From Octopus vulgaris (lineage: Eukaryota): a stretch of 64,000 bases of DNA. Below are positions 60,452-64,000 of the stretch, piece by piece. The notes below the pieces were generated by a model. That model had not been told where the DNA came from. It saw only the letters and a list, made by a program, of their open reading frames with translations, and did not search any database. The stretch is taken from contig OX597814.1 of the NCBI GenBank assembly GCA_951406725.2, positions 202,616,001 to 202,680,000 on the forward strand. The letters are read 5' to 3'. Each line of letters opens with the position of its first letter. The stretch's first letter is position 1. The position numbers were made by a program, and so were the translations under genes.

Positions 60452-62117
60452 CGCTATGCTCAATAAAACATTGTTAGAAGTATGTAGAATGTTTAAATGT
60501 GTGGTGATAATTTAGATAATTTCATCATGTCCAAAGGTAGTTATTGCTAGTCAACCACTCTTACCATCCTGAGAAAGGCTCATTGATATGTATGGTTGAC
60601 CCCAACACACACACACATACATAAGCACGCACACACACACACACATACACATGCATACGCATACACACACACACACATCTTTTCATAAGTCATTAAGAGC
60701 TATTGTATAATTTATTGTTAATTCCTCAAACTTTCTCAATCTTGCATGGTTAAGAAGTTCACTTAACAAACAACTCCAGTGTTTTGGGTTCAATACCACC
60801 GTGCAGCTCTCAAAGCCAGGAAGTGAAATTTGGTAAGCAGCAGATGTGTGGAAGGCCATCAGGGGAAACCACCTGTGTTCTTGGGTATTGGAATTAATCT
60901 GTTACTGGATTAACACTGCCACCAACACCTGGTCCTTCATGTACTCTAATCTCTTTCAAGCATTCATGTGAGGTCTCTAGTCTGGGGATAACATGATACC
61001 ACCAGCCTCGGAACCTTTGCAAAGAATCATGGGTACTGTTCCTCTTCCTCTGAATTAGCCATTAAAAACGAAGAAATCCAAGCGCAACAAACCATGTGAT
61101 TATGAGAGCAGATATGTAATTTAGTAGACATCATATTACATGGTTGAGTAACCTCACAGATGGCATTTAATGAAATGATGTAGACTCACTTGTAACCTTT
61201 CAATCAATTACTAACTGAGGTAAAAAAAATAAATAGTAATAATAAAGTACATCCTACTTTTGGTTTTGGTTATTAAATAGATGATGTCTTCCTTAACAGC
61301 TTTCTACAACAAATATCTGAGATATTTATTAATACATTATCTCACCATAATTACTGCTTTAAAATAACTCTATCCATTAAATCTTCATTAATACCTCCAC
61401 CCCCACCCCATCCTTTTATTGCTCCCCTATTCAATAGTACATATGTTATTCTCACCTATGACCTATATCAATGTTATGACCTGTAGTAGTAGTAGTAGTA
61501 GTAGCAGCAGCAGCAATAGTAGTAGTAGTGGAGAATTAATCATTTTCATATCCTTTCTATTTATTCTCATTACTTGATAGGCTACGGTCCTCACTGTTTA
61601 TTTGGCTACAATGCGAAACTCAATTAGAATGTGTTTACTCTTGAAACTTTTTTTCCATTTTGAATAAAATATTAAAAGAACGGTATTACATCCTAACGCA
61701 AAAAAACATTAAAATATAAATATAAACATTAATTATTTACCGACTTTTATTTTTGTGTTTTGTTTTGCTTCAGCCATTGGAGTGAGGCCATCATTTTGCC
61801 ACACTTCTAAGTTACAGGGGATGTAAACAAACCAACACAGGCAGCCAAGTGGTTGAAGAACAAACACAAAAACATGGATACACATGTCATCCTCACCATT
61901 TAATGTCCACTTTCCAGTGGACATGTGTGTATGTATGTACATAAACATACACACACACAATAGGCCTCTACCACATCCACTCAAAAGTCTGAGATTGGCC
62001 TATGGCTATAATAGAAAATATTTACCCAAGGTACTGTCTAGTGAGACTGAACCCAAAACCCTCATGTGGTTGTAAAGCAAAATTCTTTACCACACAACCA
62101 TTCCTGTGACTTTGGAA

Positions 62118-62460
62118 AAGCCAGAGCCATCTGACTGGCACCTGTGCTGGTGGCACATAACAAGCGTCATTCAAGCATTGGGTCGCACGGAGGTAGTGAC
62201 AGGTGACCGAGACCTTTAGTGATACACCATGCTTATGAAGACCTGTCAAGCCGAGTGAGGTCATAGTCATGGCCGATGCCAGTGTCATGTCAATGGCACC
62301 TGTGCCACTATACTCTTGGTGTAGTTGGCATTAGGAAGGGCACCCAGCTGTAGGGACCCTGCCAAATCAGATTGGAGCATGGTGCAGCTCCCCAGCTTTT
62401 CAGTTTTCAAGCAAACCATCCAACACATGCCAGCATGGAAAGCGGATGTTAAATGATGAC
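62118..62460 (+). mobile_element. RTE-LINE 3' end (family D)
   Basis: GTGACCGAGACCTTT ORF-end segment plus UTR blocks. Confidence 0.8.
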
Positions 62461-62845
62461 TCAAATTTCATCTGTTTCCCTCTTGTTTTTGATTATTTTC
62501 ATTTTTTTACCTTTTGAGGGGTGTATTTTTAAGATCCCTTTTTCTTTCATACTTATTCCTTTAGAGATACAACATGCCTTCAAAGAAATGTCAATACATT
62601 TGTATAAATTAAATGCATGCAAAATAAGTCAATTACAATTTTAGAAAATTCAAAAATTTTCCTGAAAAATATGCAGTATTCAGTTTTCTCAAGTTATTAC
62701 TTAGGTTTTAAGAGTAATCATTAAAAGTAATTATTAAAATTTATATCTCTGTTGAAAATACACTGCCTTGGTTTCATTAAATTTTGAAATAATGATGAAC
62801 TCAGTAAAATATATCATTTTTCAGCTGGTGTGTTGAACATAAATT

Positions 62846-63043
62846 GGTTTCAAATTTTGGTGCAAGGTCAGCAATTTTAGGGTTGGGGCTAAGTCAGTTA
62901 CATCAACCCCAATGCTCAATTGGTACTTATTTTGCTGACCCCAAAAGGCAAAGTTGACCTCAGTGGAATTTGAACTCACAACAAACAAAATGCTGCAAAG
63001 CATTTTGCCTGGATTGCTAACGATTCTGTCAGCTTGCCACCTT
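62846..63043 (-). mobile_element. SINE family B (diverged)
   Basis: AAAGGCAAAGTTGACCTCAGTGGAATTTGAACTCA core on the plus strand. Confidence 0.8.
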
Positions 63044-63609
63044 GTTGGTGTTTCAAATATAAATTAACATGATAATTTGATGCAAGTCCTTAATTTAAAG
63101 CACTTCAAAATAGAACATTTGTATACAAGGCCAGTTCCAGGCTGGTCAGTATCAAGAAATGTTAACACTTTTGACACCATATTTTTATTCAAATAACCTG
63201 CCTTTGTCTCAATTTTGAAAATAACAACAGATTTAGTAAAACAACTTTGTCCTTAATTAAGCTGGCATTTCGATCATAAATTAACAAGAAATTTTGATGG
63301 AAAATTTTAATTTGGAGCGCTTCAAAGCAAGAAAATTCTATCATAAAACAAGGGGTGGTCTCAAACAGATTAGTATCAAAAGGGTTAAGGGTTTTTGCAA
63401 TTCCTTTAATGTGAAGTGTTGAATCTAGAATACTCAAATTCCATACATTGATTTTTCGGTGACATTTAATCTCTTAATTAAAAAAAAAAAGCTATTAAGT
63501 AAAAAGAAAAAGAAGAAAAAAGACAAGGCCATTGTTTGATTATTCAAAAATAAAACAACATTGATTGGCATTTAATCATGGATAAGGTGATTTGAACTGA
63601 GAAAGGATT

Positions 63610-63843
63610 TTGTGGTAAGAAGTTTGCTTCCCAACCACATGGTTCTGGGTTCAGTTTTGCTGCATGGCACCTTGGGCAGACTAAAACCTTTTGAGTGGAT
63701 TTGGTAGATGGAACCTGAAAGGAGCCCATCGTGTGTGTGTGTGCATGTATTTGTCCCTCGCTACAATTTGAGAAATGATCTTAGTGTGTTTACGTCCCCA
63801 TAACTTAACAGTTTGGCGAAAGGAGTCAACAGAATAAGTGCCA
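63610..63843 (+). mobile_element. SINE family A (partial)
   Basis: Head and body match. Confidence 0.8.
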
Positions 63844-63889
63844 GTAACAATAATTACTGGTGTAGTGATGCTATTTTGGAAGTTTTCAC

Positions 63890-63975
63890 CACGCATGCGC
63901 AGAGTTGGATTACTTCCGGCAGGCTACCGGAAGTTCCCGCATGCGCAGAGAACTACCAACAGAAAGTTTGCCCGC
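63890..63975. promoter_or_regulatory. Housekeeping-type promoter motif cluster
   Basis: Two NRF1-type CGCATGCGCA (63892, 63938); two inverted ETS sites ACTTCCGG (63912) and CCGGAAGT (63927); AACTAC (ZNF143-like) at 63951; local CpG retention. Confidence 0.7.
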
Positions 63976-64000
63976 TAGATCTGTCTTTTGGAAGCTGCAG

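Overview
AT-rich, repeat-dense eukaryotic non-coding DNA, either intronic or intergenic. The repeat families look like those of Octopus (coleoid cephalopod); this is recognition by eye, not a database result. No intact host protein-coding gene, rRNA, true tRNA or CRISPR array is supported. The supplied ORFs are microsatellite artefacts, chance frames in repeats, or decayed retroelement fragments. Main content: several tRNA-derived SINE families (here labelled A, B, C and F) with shuffled heads and tails; about 20 5'-truncated RTE-LINE 3' ends (label D); other LINE fragments; Helitrons; piggyBac, hAT and pogo-type MITEs; and Penelope-like pseudo-LTR relics. The most interesting signals are RNA-structural: (1) at least six minimal type-I hammerhead ribozyme motifs in four core variants; (2) a tandemly repeated H-type pseudoknot candidate in the RTE 3'UTR; (3) a TSD-flanked RTE 5'UTR derivative starting with a possible HDV-like fold; (4) a candidate recursive splice site with a stop-filled RS-exon; (5) long inverted repeats and hairpins; (6) an NRF1/ETS promoter-like cluster at the window end. 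Repeat coordinates are approximate unless a TSD or TIR is quoted.
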